Of a DNA stretch of 64,000 bases, positions 27,451-37,631 are shown piece by piece (position 1 is the stretch's first letter; each line of letters starts with the position of its first letter). Under the pieces are notes generated by a model that saw only the letters and a program-made list of their open reading frames with translations, was not told where the DNA came from and searched no databases. Location of the stretch: contig CAYRCL010000002.1 in NCBI GenBank assembly GCA_964422795.1, positions 50,234 to 114,233 of the forward strand, in the 5' to 3' direction. The DNA is from an uncultured Chloroflexota bacterium. GTDB taxonomy: Bacteria > Chloroflexota > UBA11872. The position numbers were made by a program, and so were the translations under genes.

Positions 27451-29103
27451 CTACTCGTAGCGTGCTGTTGGATCCTGCGAGAGCTCACGGGTCTCTGCTG
27501 TCACAACATCTACGACTGCGGGCTGTCCTTCACGAATGGCTTGCAAAGCGCGTTCAAAGGCTGGACGCAACTCACCGATGCGGACAACCTTTTCAGCGTG
27601 GCATCCGAGTGCGGCAGCTACACCTGCATAGTCGCCGTCCAGTGAGGAACTCTGGTATTTCTCGATGGTGGTGGGGAGGTGCTTGTCGTAACCACTGAAT
27701 ATGCTGTCATGTTTGATGACCGTGAGGATTGGAATGTTTTCACGGACAGCCGTTTCCCAGTCCAATCCGGTATAACCGACGGCTCCGTCACCCATGACAT
27801 TGACAACTGTCTTGTCCGGATTCGCTAGCTTCGCACCCAGCGCTAGGCCTAAGGAAAACCCGAGTTGTGATGACTGGCCCCAGCCGAGATAGCTACGGGG
27901 CACAGTTGACTCATAGAACACGCATTGAATATCGCGGGAAGCGCCCGACTCGTGGGTAATCATCGTGGAGTCGGGATCGAGCAAGCTCCAAAGATCACGC
28001 ATCATACGGTAGCCATTTATCGGCTCCGATTCGTCGTTGAAATGCACGGCGTAGTCAGCGCGCCAGTTGGCCTTGATTGTCGCGATGGTTGCGGCCGTTT
28101 CACGACGCTCAGCTTCCCGACCCGAGGACAGGCGGTTACGCAGCTCATCAGCGAGTTGGCGTAGAAACAGCTTGGCGTCTGCGTGGATTGCGAGTGTGGT
28201 TGGATAACTCTTGTTTAGATCGGCGGGGTCATTGGTGGCGTGGATGATTGTTTTACCGTCAGGCACGTCCGGTGTGAACGACATACGGCTTAAACTGGTA
28301 CCGACGGCTAAGACGGTGTCAGCGGTTTCCAGATAGTGTGCAGCCATCGCGGTTCGTACGTAGGCACCAACACCAGCAGAAAGCTCGTGCGTTTCCGGGA
28401 TCGCACTCTTGCCTTGCAAGGTCGTCATCACGGGTGCGCCAAGCAATTCCGCCACTTCTTGGAGCTCAGCAGAAGCTTCTGCGTACAGTACACCGTGGCC
28501 AGCCCATATCAGGTTTGATCCGGATCGCAAGAGCAAGTCGGCGGCCTCCGAAACAGCACCGCTGTCGGCAGCCGGTCGTGCGGGACGGATCGGTTCGTAA
28601 TTCAATGGTCCAGAAAACTCAGCGCCGCATACGTCCACAGGCATTTCCAACATCACGGGACCGGGGCGACCTGCACGTAAGGCTGTAAATGCCATTCGTG
28701 CGCGCTGGGGAATCTCCGCGGTGGACTGCACCGTAGCCGCGTGGCGTGTTGTTGCTGCGTAGTTGGGCACTGCGTCGAAGGTAGGCGGAATATTAGCTTT
28801 GGATACTCCAGGATGGCCTGGAATGAAGAGGACAGGCGTGGAATCTGTGAACGAATGCGAAATGGCTGCGAAGGCATTTTCTGCACCGGCTGACTGTTGC
28901 ACAGTCCAGGTTCCAATTTGATTCCCGTTGGTTGAGCGTGAGACCCCGTCGGCCATATTTCCGGCAACTCGTTCTTGCCTCGCGAGGAGGACGCGCAGAT
29001 CGGCGCGAGCCATTGCTTCCAATACTGGTGTGGTTGGGAAACAGAAAGCGTGTCGTATACCTTCCGCTTTTAGAATCTGGACCAAGGCATCAGCGCCGGT
29101 CAT
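27451..29103 (-). CDS. Thiamine-pyrophosphate-dependent enzyme (acetolactate synthase / benzoylformate decarboxylase-like)
   Basis: 550 aa. N-terminal TPP pyrimidine domain, and a C-terminal TPP-binding GDG...N motif (VVNVMGDGAVGYTG...NI). Confidence 0.8.
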   Translation of the reverse strand: MTGADALVQILKAEGIRHAFCFPTTPVLEAMARADLRVLLARQERVAGNMADGVSRSTNGNQIGTWTVQQSAGAENAFAAISHSFTDSTPVLFIPGHPGVSKANIPPTFDAVPNYAATTRHAATVQSTAEIPQRARMAFTALRAGRPGPVMLEMPVDVCGAEFSGPLNYEPIRPARPAADSGAVSEAADLLLRSGSNLIWAGHGVLYAEASAELQEVAELLGAPVMTTLQGKSAIPETHELSAGVGAYVRTAMAAHYLETADTVLAVGTSLSRMSFTPDVPDGKTIIHATNDPADLNKSYPTTLAIHADAKLFLRQLADELRNRLSSGREAERRETAATIATIKANWRADYAVHFNDESEPINGYRMMRDLWSLLDPDSTMITHESGASRDIQCVFYESTVPRSYLGWGQSSQLGFSLGLALGAKLANPDKTVVNVMGDGAVGYTGLDWETAVRENIPILTVIKHDSIFSGYDKHLPTTIEKYQSSSLDGDYAGVAAALGCHAEKVVRIGELRPAFERALQAIREGQPAVVDVVTAETRELSQDPTARYE

Positions 29104-29214
29104 GTTGCGTTCCTTCTATGCGCACGTTAAGGCTGCAGTGTGCCTCACGGTGACATGGTGTGCCGAACGTGGCAACTGTGGTTATGGTAGGAGATTGTTT
29201 AGGCACGTGTATTT

Positions 29215-29508
29215 TTGTTCGTGAACTATAGATATCGGTTGCTCCGAACACTTGTCGCAAGTTCAATTGCGTTCATCGTGGTGGTTGGCGGAGCATTTTT
29301 TTTGATTGAAAGTGTCCGGGCCGGAGGAGCCGTCATTGTGAGTGCGATCGTTGGGTTAGCGGCCTATCTTGCGTTTACCGCTCCGAATCCAGCGCAAGCT
29401 CGCGGTCAGTCGGTATTTGTCCTTATGCTGGCAAGTGCGATAGCTATCGCCGTCGGGATAGCAGGATTTGCTGTGGCTGTGGTGTTGTTGGGATTAACAG
29501 GTTTCTGA
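29215..29508 (+). CDS. Small hypothetical membrane protein (3 TM helices)
   Basis: 97 aa, almost entirely hydrophobic helices. Contains a T8 homopolymer in the CDS. Confidence 0.3.
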   Translation: MFVNYRYRLLRTLVASSIAFIVVVGGAFFLIESVRAGGAVIVSAIVGLAAYLAFTAPNPAQARGQSVFVLMLASAIAIAVGIAGFAVAVVLLGLTGF

Positions 29509-29581
29509 CGGGAATCCAGTCTAAGTGTCGGCTTCGGATCGACGGGACGCGATGGTTGATTGTGTCAACAACCGCATCAAA

Positions 29582-30643
29582 TTACAGGACGTAGGTAGCG
29601 AAGTTTCCATCACTCGGTGGCCCGTAGCTGATGTGAAGTGACCGCGTATCGGGATGACCGATCAAGCCGGCAACCGTGGCAAATGGATCGTCCAATCGTA
29701 CTCGTCGGCATATGGGTTCAGGTCGGCCGGATTCATCGCTTAAGAGTGCCTGGCAGATGCTGACGTCAATCGCGTCGGCCTGTTGTTCCAGGGCCTTCTG
29801 CAACGCTTGGCGCCGGCTTTCGGAGAACGGAAGTGGGCGTCGGACGGCTTCGTGAGGTGCGAGCTCTTCTGCTATGCAGTTATTAGCGTGGGCATAAACG
29901 CCGTCATCGATTTTGGTAACAACAGTGCCTTCCGGAAGAATTTCAAGGTTGAAAGCGCAGTTTGTGTCGGCTATTAGGAAGTTGCCGACGGCTGGGCCGT
30001 TCATAGTCTGGATTTGCTTGACCGCCGTGTCAGCACTCGTGGATTCAAGTACGGCGCGTCGCAACACCGGCGGTGCCATCCAGGTGCGTCCGGACTTGGC
30101 CCAGAGTGAGTTGGCAAAAATAGCGACGCCACAACCGTTGATTCCAGTCCCACCCAATTCACCCGGAACTGAATGCATCAAGATGTCAGGTCGATTGTCG
30201 GGACGTAAGACGGAAACAAACATACGGTGGAGGTAAGACTCACCGAGGTCACGGTTTTGGCCGGCGAGATTGGAGCAATTCACAGTCGTGGAACCTACGG
30301 CGGCGAAGGAGGTGCAACCCTCAGACAGGCCGTCTGTCCCAGGACGGATTTGCAGAGCCAAGGCTTCATTAAAGCTAATCGCAGCGCCATTGGCGAGCCC
30401 TTGGATTTCGTCGATCCAGTGCGGGCCAATCGATTCGATCTTTGGTAGTTGTGTGTGGACCCAGGCTAGGGCTGTATCTGCGGTCATGCCACCCGTCCTT
30501 GCCATCGTCATTGTTTCGGCGAGTTGCAACTGGATCAGGTCTTGAAACGCCTCGCCGTGTTGTGTTCCGATATCGTGGGGTGAGCCTCGGAACTCGGCGA
30601 ACGGGAAGTGGACGCGAGGACTCGACGATTGTGGGGTGCTCAA
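29582..30643 (-). CDS. Peptidase C45 family (acyl-CoA:6-aminopenicillanic acid acyltransferase-like Ntn hydrolase)
   Basis: 353 aa. Candidate autoprocessing / nucleophile Gly-Cys (SEGCTSFAAVG). Overall similarity to the C45 / AAT family. Confidence 0.55.
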   Translation of the reverse strand: MSTPQSSSPRVHFPFAEFRGSPHDIGTQHGEAFQDLIQLQLAETMTMARTGGMTADTALAWVHTQLPKIESIGPHWIDEIQGLANGAAISFNEALALQIRPGTDGLSEGCTSFAAVGSTTVNCSNLAGQNRDLGESYLHRMFVSVLRPDNRPDILMHSVPGELGGTGINGCGVAIFANSLWAKSGRTWMAPPVLRRAVLESTSADTAVKQIQTMNGPAVGNFLIADTNCAFNLEILPEGTVVTKIDDGVYAHANNCIAEELAPHEAVRRPLPFSESRRQALQKALEQQADAIDVSICQALLSDESGRPEPICRRVRLDDPFATVAGLIGHPDTRSLHISYGPPSDGNFATYVL

Positions 30644-30689
30644 TTTGAGAGGTCCGGCATTCCACGGCTCAACTTTGAACAGGGTGTTT

Positions 30690-31571
30690 TCAGCTTACCG
30701 CGGGAATCCCTAATCGTGGTTCGGGACGAGGGGGATGTTGAGAGGTAACAACCTTCGCTTGGGCGGCGGCATCGAGCGGCTGAAACCGAGCCGAGGAGTC
30801 AAGAATGAGTGGCAAGAGTTTTGTTTCCCCGGTCGACGGTGCTGTGTGAACAGGCTGGGATAGTACCCACCAGAGCGCGTGGTCGATCTCGTTCTGGTTG
30901 CGGTGGGGATCGTACCAGGGTGAGAGGTCCCGTTCGCTGTCTCCCCAGCCGCCACGAGCCAGCATCTTGATCGCTTGGATCCCAACGTTGCGTTTTCGTG
31001 CGGTCTCAATGAGCTCTTGAGCGTCACGGCGGTACTGGTCGTTAAGAAAGAGGGCAGGCGTGAGCGGGAACATGATTGCGTCGAAATCAAACCGCGCCAG
31101 CGCTTCAAGTTGAATTCTAGGAGCATGGGGTCCGTGGCCCGTAATACCGATGTATTGGGTGAGTCCCTGATCACGCATCTCGACGAGTGCCTCAAGTGCT
31201 CCGCCTGTTGCCGTAACCTCGTCGAGTTCTTTGTGCGAAGTGACTCCGTGTAGCTGGAACAAGTCAAAGGTATCGACTCCGAGTCGTTTCTGGCACGAAC
31301 GAATGGAGTCCCAAGCTGTCAGGCGAGATCGAGCGGCTGTCTTGGCACCAATGAACCAATGTCCATTTAGACGTGGTATCCACGGAGCCATGCGTTCCAT
31401 CGCTTGTCCGTAGCTGGGCGCGATATCGAGGTGATTGACACCGTAGTCGAGCGCGAGTTGCACGGCGTTGTCGACTTCCACTTGTGGCAAGCCATCGCGT
31501 CCGAATCCGGCTGCCCCGAGGGTGATGACTGAGCTCTCATGCTCGATACGGCCGAGTTTCCGTTTTTCCAT
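30690..31571 (-). CDS. Aldo/keto reductase
   Basis: 293 aa. AKR motifs (HLDIAPSYG, QLHGV, GITGHG). Confidence 0.75.
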   Translation of the reverse strand: MEKRKLGRIEHESSVITLGAAGFGRDGLPQVEVDNAVQLALDYGVNHLDIAPSYGQAMERMAPWIPRLNGHWFIGAKTAARSRLTAWDSIRSCQKRLGVDTFDLFQLHGVTSHKELDEVTATGGALEALVEMRDQGLTQYIGITGHGPHAPRIQLEALARFDFDAIMFPLTPALFLNDQYRRDAQELIETARKRNVGIQAIKMLARGGWGDSERDLSPWYDPHRNQNEIDHALWWVLSQPVHTAPSTGETKLLPLILDSSARFQPLDAAAQAKVVTSQHPPRPEPRLGIPAVS

Positions 31572-31669
31572 CGTACGTACCGTGGCTATATGCGGACGTA
31601 GTAGCGTCTTGGGACTTGCGGGTGGCCGGTCATCGATGTTCCATTCCCCGGGGCTCTTGTGAAACTCAT

Positions 31670-32704
31670 TTAACCACAGGCGTCGCGGAATACACGCAGG
31701 TGGTTGAGGCCGAGGAACTTTCGAAGGTTGTGCTCTGACCAGCCTCGTTTGGCGAGGCCATGCGTGATCATAGGAACTTGGCTGGCGTCGGCCAGAAGGT
31801 ATGAACCACCATCAAAATCAGACCCGAACCCAACGTGATCAATACCTGCGACCCTGACCGCGTGTTCGACATGATCGAGGTAGCGGTCGATAGTTGGATT
31901 CTCTAGGTCAACAAAGTGGTGGACGCACGTCACGCCAACAACACCCCCGCCGTCTGCGATAGCTTTGAGCTGATCATCGTGCAGGTTGCGTCCATGTTCG
32001 TTGAGTGCTCGACAGGCGCTATGGCTGGCTAAAACGGGTACGTTGGTTGTATCCATCGCGTGCCAGAATGCGGGGACGCTGAGGTGAGAAACGTCGACGA
32101 GCATGCCCAAGTCATTCATTGCGCGGATAAGGTCATGCCCGAATTCAGTCAATCCACCACCGGAGTGGTGTGCCTGCTCGCCGTCGCCGGCGAAAGTGCG
32201 AACCGAATGTGTGAGGGTCATCGTTCGGACACCTAACTGATAAAACATAGGCAAGACATACAGGCTGTGTTCAAGCGCTTCTGAGTTCTCGATGGCAAGC
32301 ACTGCGACAATTTTATCGTCGGCCTTCGCGGCTTCGATATCAGCAGCTTTTGTTGCTAAAACGACCTGATGACTGTGCGCTTGTAGCTCGGCACTAAACC
32401 ACCCGAAGCCATCCAGCACATAGGCGAGGTGATTACCCAAAGCAAGCGTGGTGTCAATCGCGAAGTAACCGACGTCGATACCGCCCGCTCGCATCTTCGG
32501 AAGATCGGATTGAATATCGATTTCGGCGCTGTCGACCGGACCGCGTAAATAACTTACGAGGCTGTCGGGGGTGGTCCGCATAGGGGCGTCGGATCCCGCG
32601 ATGCTTTGTCCATTCCGACGAATGAGACCCACTATCGTGTCGTTATGGGAATCAATAACCAGGGCATCTTCGTGCAGAGCTTTCCAGTCGTCCTCGATGG
32701 TCAT
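31670..32704 (-). CDS. Membrane dipeptidase (peptidase M19 family)
   Basis: 344 aa. M19 zinc-binding HxD motif at the N-terminus (VIDSHND) and conserved His/Glu regions. Confidence 0.8.
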   Translation of the reverse strand: MTIEDDWKALHEDALVIDSHNDTIVGLIRRNGQSIAGSDAPMRTTPDSLVSYLRGPVDSAEIDIQSDLPKMRAGGIDVGYFAIDTTLALGNHLAYVLDGFGWFSAELQAHSHQVVLATKAADIEAAKADDKIVAVLAIENSEALEHSLYVLPMFYQLGVRTMTLTHSVRTFAGDGEQAHHSGGGLTEFGHDLIRAMNDLGMLVDVSHLSVPAFWHAMDTTNVPVLASHSACRALNEHGRNLHDDQLKAIADGGGVVGVTCVHHFVDLENPTIDRYLDHVEHAVRVAGIDHVGFGSDFDGGSYLLADASQVPMITHGLAKRGWSEHNLRKFLGLNHLRVFRDACG

Positions 32705-32988
32705 TCAGGGGATCCGATGAACCTTACTCGATGTGGGTATGAATCGTGCCATATGGCCTGCCATTGAGCGAGGTAATGGCACGTCGCAGGCCACATGGAG
32801 CCAGTACTTTTACGGGTTCGAAGGGTCGTCACAGTACGAGCAGGCAACTGGAGGTATGGACACACATTTATTCATGTATTTATTGGTGAGTGTGTGACGA
32901 TCCGCTGCGTGGCAGCTTTGACGAGACGTGTGGTTGATGTTGTACGTGATGCATCATTCGTGTCGATAGAGACACCGTGTTCTGGTAG

Positions 32989-33792
32989 CTAGCCTTTGTT
33001 GCGTTCCATACGTGATCCTGCGAGCTCGATTGACATGCCTCCGTCGACCACAAGGGAAGCGCCGGATATGAAGCTGGCAAGGTCGGATAGTAGAAAGAGC
33101 ACGGTATTGGCAATATCCTGCGCCTCGCCTCGCCGGCCCACCGGATTGCTTCGTGCTTGGGCCTCATCTCTTTCAGGGTCCGGAGCAAGTGCGGCTTTTT
33201 CGTACGCCACGTCAGTCATGATGCCGCCGGGCAAAATGCTGTTGGCCCGGATGCCATCGGCGCCGTAGGCGACGGCTACGTTCCGCATCAGTCCCGTGAT
33301 GGCGGCTTTCGCCGCCTCATATGGCCCTTCAGTGGCGGATGCCTGAATCGCATGGGCAGACGAAATCCCGACGATTGCGCCGCAGCCGTTTTCAATCATG
33401 TGCGGAATAGCAAGTTTGCAGGCCATGAAATGGGATTTAATGAGGACATCCTGACTGCGGTCCCAATCAGCTTCACTCACATCAATCAGCGCATCGTGTG
33501 GATGCCAGCGGGCGTTGTTGACGAGGGCGTAGATGCTGCCGAACTGGTGGATAGCCATGTTGACCATATGGTCACAGCCCTCCATCGTTCCGACATCGGC
33601 ATCAACATACGTGGCGCAACCGCCGGCACCTGTGATTTCGGCTTCCACGCGCCGACCACGAGCCTCATTCATATCGGCCAGGATGACCGACATGCCGTGA
33701 GCTGCGAGCGTTTGCGCGGTCGTGCGGCCGATACCCTGTGAGGCGCCGGTGACAATGGCCACGCGATTTTGGAGGTTCTCAAACGTTGCCAT
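32989..33792 (-). CDS. SDR-family oxidoreductase
   Basis: TGASQGIG motif and YEAAK catalytic pair. Start placed at ATG 33792 (MATFENLQ); the longest ORF extends to 33900. Confidence 0.8.
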   Translation of the reverse strand: MATFENLQNRVAIVTGASQGIGRTTAQTLAAHGMSVILADMNEARGRRVEAEITGAGGCATYVDADVGTMEGCDHMVNMAIHQFGSIYALVNNARWHPHDALIDVSEADWDRSQDVLIKSHFMACKLAIPHMIENGCGAIVGISSAHAIQASATEGPYEAAKAAITGLMRNVAVAYGADGIRANSILPGGIMTDVAYEKAALAPDPERDEAQARSNPVGRRGEAQDIANTVLFLLSDLASFISGASLVVDGGMSIELAGSRMERNKG

Positions 33793-33866
33793 TCCACGGC
33801 CTCGCTGACTGACTGTTTGCTGTGGGTTGAGTTTACGGGTCCAGTCCGGCGCGGTAGGTTGCTGCG

Positions 33867-34940
33867 GTGAAGACCACAGGTCCGAGATGGAGGCCCTCAA
33901 TGGACATGATGCAGTGCGTTCTTTGTCGCGGTGATCGGATCGTGGAATTGTCGGAAAAGCCTGTGCCCAATCCGGGTCCTGACGACGTTCGTATCAAGAT
34001 TCACGCTTCGGCCATCTGCGGTAGCGATCTCCACAAGTACCGGCAGAGTGTGGTGGATCGTGAGGCTGGTGGCTACGACAAGCTGGTACTCGGGCATGAG
34101 GGTGCTGGTGTAGTCGATGCTGTTGGTCCGGGTGTTGTGCATCCGAAGATTGGTGATCGGGTGGTGGCATATCACCTGATTGGATGTGGAGCTTGTGAGC
34201 ATTGCCGTGCTGGTGAGCCGGGATTCTGCCAAGACTTGCAGGGATTTAACTGGGTGCGCGACGGTGTGGACGCCGAGTACGTTGTTGTGCCAGCGCGCTA
34301 CGCGCTCCCACTCCCAGACGACTTTGATTTCGAGGATGGTGCACTTCTGGCGTGCAACGTGGGTACGGCGTATGGGGCGGCGAGAAAGGCGGAGGCTTCA
34401 GGCGATATGACACTGGCGGTAAGTGGTCTCGGGCCAGTTGGACTGTATACGGTGATGATGGCGCGGGCGATGGGGGCTCCGGTCATTGGCGTTGACGTTC
34501 AGCAGGACCGAATCAGCCTCGCTGAACGGTTGGGAATCGAAGCGACAGTCAATGCTGCTGACTCCGACCCTGTTGCCGCAGTACGCGCATTCAGTGGCGG
34601 CGATGGTGTGCATGTATCGATCGATACATCGGGCAGTACGCAGGCCCGCACAGCCGCGATTGAGGCTTTGCGGCCACACGGTACGTTCATTGAAGTTGGT
34701 CTCGGTTCCGAAACCGTGTACAGGCTTAGCGGTCCGTTGAACATGCGTGAGATTACGCTCACTGGGTCCTGGATCTTCAAACTTTACGAGTGGGAGGATT
34801 TACTGGCGTTTGTGCGCCGCCACGAGTTGCCGATCAAGGACGTGGTGTCACACCGGTTCAGACTTGACGACGCAGTGGAGGCGTTTGATCTTGCTGAGTC
34901 TGCGCGGGTCGGAAAGATCATATTTAATGTGATCGCGTAA
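33867..34940 (+). CDS. Zinc-dependent alcohol dehydrogenase (MDR; sorbitol/threonine dehydrogenase-like)
   Basis: Catalytic zinc (CGSDLH) and structural zinc (CGACEHC) motifs, Rossmann GLGPVG. True start probably an internal Met, 33900-33909. Confidence 0.8.
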   Translation: MKTTGPRWRPSMDMMQCVLCRGDRIVELSEKPVPNPGPDDVRIKIHASAICGSDLHKYRQSVVDREAGGYDKLVLGHEGAGVVDAVGPGVVHPKIGDRVVAYHLIGCGACEHCRAGEPGFCQDLQGFNWVRDGVDAEYVVVPARYALPLPDDFDFEDGALLACNVGTAYGAARKAEASGDMTLAVSGLGPVGLYTVMMARAMGAPVIGVDVQQDRISLAERLGIEATVNAADSDPVAAVRAFSGGDGVHVSIDTSGSTQARTAAIEALRPHGTFIEVGLGSETVYRLSGPLNMREITLTGSWIFKLYEWEDLLAFVRRHELPIKDVVSHRFRLDDAVEAFDLAESARVGKIIFNVIA

Positions 34941-35231
34941 GGGCTCGGATGGGACTCAAACGACATACGGTTGTTGTTGTTTCTTAGCTAACACGCGGCA
35001 ATGTCATGGTTTGTGGCGTTGTGTAATGTGGAACGCCACGAATGGTCTCGTTTGAACGTTGAGCGAGTCGACACAATATGGATCGTGTCTCGATCCTGTT
35101 GACGTGGTCCACAGCTCTCCTTGTGCGTGGAGAACACGGGGCACAGTCCGATGTATGGTTGTTGGTTAGGCGCAGTCTGTTAATCATTCAATTACCATTT
35201 GTGGAACAACTGTCTGCTCGGGAGATGTGGT

Positions 35232-36260
35232 ATGGCTACGGTCGCGTTGGTGACAGAAGACGGTGCTGCCCACCAGAAATCATATCGTGATGCGATTCGT
35301 GACATTGCGCTGATAGAGCGCGTTGAATTGCTCGATCCGGGAGGGTTGACCTTCGATGACACGATCACGACGGTAGGTAAGAAGGCCGGTGGCACACACG
35401 TAACGGTGGATTCACTTCTCGGTTCCGGTGTTCCTGACATGGCCATTGTGACGATGATCGCTGCGCATGCACCAGATGTGATCCGTCCGCTTCTGGAGGC
35501 TGGTGTCCATGTGATGGCTGAGAAGCCGGCATGTGTACGGGCAGACGACTTTGCCGAGCTTGCTCGGATAGCTGATGCAAACGGGGCTCACTTGATGCTG
35601 GCGCTCGCGAACCGGATTCACCCCGCGACCGAAGAAGCGCGACGGTTGATTGCGAGTGGTGGCATTGGTGATTTGTACGCCGTCCGCGCAGCGCAGGTCG
35701 ATGACCAGACGCGAATTCAGCGTCGTCTCAACGATCCAGATTGGACGTTCCAGAAGAAACTGGCTGGTGGAGGACACTTGAGCTGGCTGGGGATTCACCG
35801 TCTGGACTTGCTCAGCTATATGGTGGGCGAGGATATCGTGGAGGTTTCAGCTATGACCGCGGTCGCTGGAGGGACTCCGATTGATGTCGAGGATCTGGGC
35901 ATCGTTACGGTTCGATTTTCGGGTGGTGCGCTCGGTGTGCTATTTAGTGGTTACCTAATGCCCCGAAAAGGACATTCGGGGTTCACGGTGTACGGGTCCA
36001 ATGGATGGGTGCGTGGGAACGAAGGCGAAGCCGGGGCGTTGGAATGGCATTCGACCGCGTCGGAGATGCTCGGTTCGGAAGATCGACGCTACGAGTATAG
36101 TGGGAAACCTGGCGGGTATACCGCGTGGGTGAAACGTACCTTGAAGGCTGCTTTGGGTGAGGCGCCCGCACCAATCACAGCCGAGGATGGTCTCAAGGTT
36201 CTGCGTGTAGTACATGCTGCTTACGCGTCAGCTGAGTCGGGATCGGTTGTCAGGCTCTAG
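35232..36260 (+). CDS. Gfo/Idh/MocA-family oxidoreductase (atypical N-terminus)
   Basis: Conserved EKP motif (VMAEKPACV) and C-terminal alpha/beta domain. The N-terminus lacks a clean GxGxxG. Start set at MATVALV; the longest ORF starts at 35199. Confidence 0.65.
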   Translation: MATVALVTEDGAAHQKSYRDAIRDIALIERVELLDPGGLTFDDTITTVGKKAGGTHVTVDSLLGSGVPDMAIVTMIAAHAPDVIRPLLEAGVHVMAEKPACVRADDFAELARIADANGAHLMLALANRIHPATEEARRLIASGGIGDLYAVRAAQVDDQTRIQRRLNDPDWTFQKKLAGGGHLSWLGIHRLDLLSYMVGEDIVEVSAMTAVAGGTPIDVEDLGIVTVRFSGGALGVLFSGYLMPRKGHSGFTVYGSNGWVRGNEGEAGALEWHSTASEMLGSEDRRYEYSGKPGGYTAWVKRTLKAALGEAPAPITAEDGLKVLRVVHAAYASAESGSVVRL

Positions 36261-36354
36261 TTCTAGATTGTGGAGGTGCCTGCTAGTCCAGGCGGGCGTC
36301 TGCGTCATGGCTGGACAGCAGATCCTCCATTAAGCGCTTTCTCGCTCGAATACG

Positions 36355-37497
36355 TCATACGGTTGAGTCGACCCAGAGTCCAAGCGGGTTCTTACGCGTT
36401 TGCATTGGGAATGGAACGCGTGATCCTGTTCTATGGCCCTCGAGAATTGCCATGACCATTTCTAATGTTGCGGTAGCCTCACGGGCACTGGAGACGGGTT
36501 CTTCGCCGTTCTCAATGCAGTGGATCACATCAGCCGTTGCGTAGTGATTGAGGGCATCCAATAACCCGGCCGCGCTTGCGGGACTGCCATCCGGATTGTG
36601 TACGGCCGGAACATCGATCGGTTCCCAGGCGAGTGATGTATTGGCTGGTGTATGGAGGCCAGCAGGATAATGGCAAATAGCAGTGCCGCCGTCTCGGACG
36701 GAGATTCCAGCATCGGTTCCCCACAGTTCAAATCCGAACCACGGCGTACCGGCACCAGATTCACGTTTGTAAGAGTCGAATCTAGCGGTGGCTCCGGAGC
36801 TGAAGACGAAGTAGCCAGACAGGGCATCCCCGGCCATCTCGCCCAATCCTTGGGGACCGGCGTAGACGTCACTGACGACAACATCGCGTCCATGGTCCTG
36901 CATGTGACCAGTTGCCCAAACGACATCGCCGGCGATGAATCGTAATACGTCGAGGAGATGAGTGCCGAGCACTCGTAGGTCGTGAGTCCCCCCACGTCGG
37001 TCGCACTTGCCGTTTGCGTTCATAAATTTCAGCGTGCCTAAGGCGCCATCTTGCACGAGCTGTTTGACGTGTCGAATTCCTGGTCGGTATCGATTCTGAT
37101 GTGCAACGGCAATTTTCGTTCCCGCAGATTCAGCTGCAGCGACGACCGCGTCTGCCTCGTCAAGGCTGGCCGTGATCGGTTTTTCGATGTATATACCTTT
37201 GGCTCCTGACTCGATCACCTCTAGAAGCCATCGCCCATGATGCTTGAAGTGGTGGGGGCAAATGGAGACGAGGTCTGGCAACTCGGCCGCTAGCATGTCC
37301 CGGTAATCGCTGTATTCTTTTGGATTGCCGATCTCGGCAGCTCGCTCGGACCGCGGTTCGGGAACCGGATCCGCGAGAGCTACGAGGTCGACATTCGGAA
37401 GCCCAAAGAATGCTTTGTGAATGGCGTGACCATAAGCTCCTTCGAGAGTGGAATCTGCGATTGCGACGGCGCGATATTCCGGCATATTGGGATCCAA
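36355..37497 (-). CDS. Gfo/Idh/MocA-family oxidoreductase
   Basis: 380 aa. N-terminal Rossmann region, EKP motif (IEKPITAS). Confidence 0.8.
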   Translation of the reverse strand: MDPNMPEYRAVAIADSTLEGAYGHAIHKAFFGLPNVDLVALADPVPEPRSERAAEIGNPKEYSDYRDMLAAELPDLVSICPHHFKHHGRWLLEVIESGAKGIYIEKPITASLDEADAVVAAAESAGTKIAVAHQNRYRPGIRHVKQLVQDGALGTLKFMNANGKCDRRGGTHDLRVLGTHLLDVLRFIAGDVVWATGHMQDHGRDVVVSDVYAGPQGLGEMAGDALSGYFVFSSGATARFDSYKRESGAGTPWFGFELWGTDAGISVRDGGTAICHYPAGLHTPANTSLAWEPIDVPAVHNPDGSPASAAGLLDALNHYATADVIHCIENGEEPVSSAREATATLEMVMAILEGHRTGSRVPFPMQTRKNPLGLWVDSTV

Positions 37498-37631
37498 GGC
37501 ACGAGAGGTGGAATGAGTGCATGATGCCTGACGTGCGGTCGGCCCGCGTCATTTATTTTTACTTTGATGGCTGGTCATTTGCGAAGTACCACGTAAGATC
37601 ACACGTGCGCTCGTAAAGGGAGTCTTGGAAC

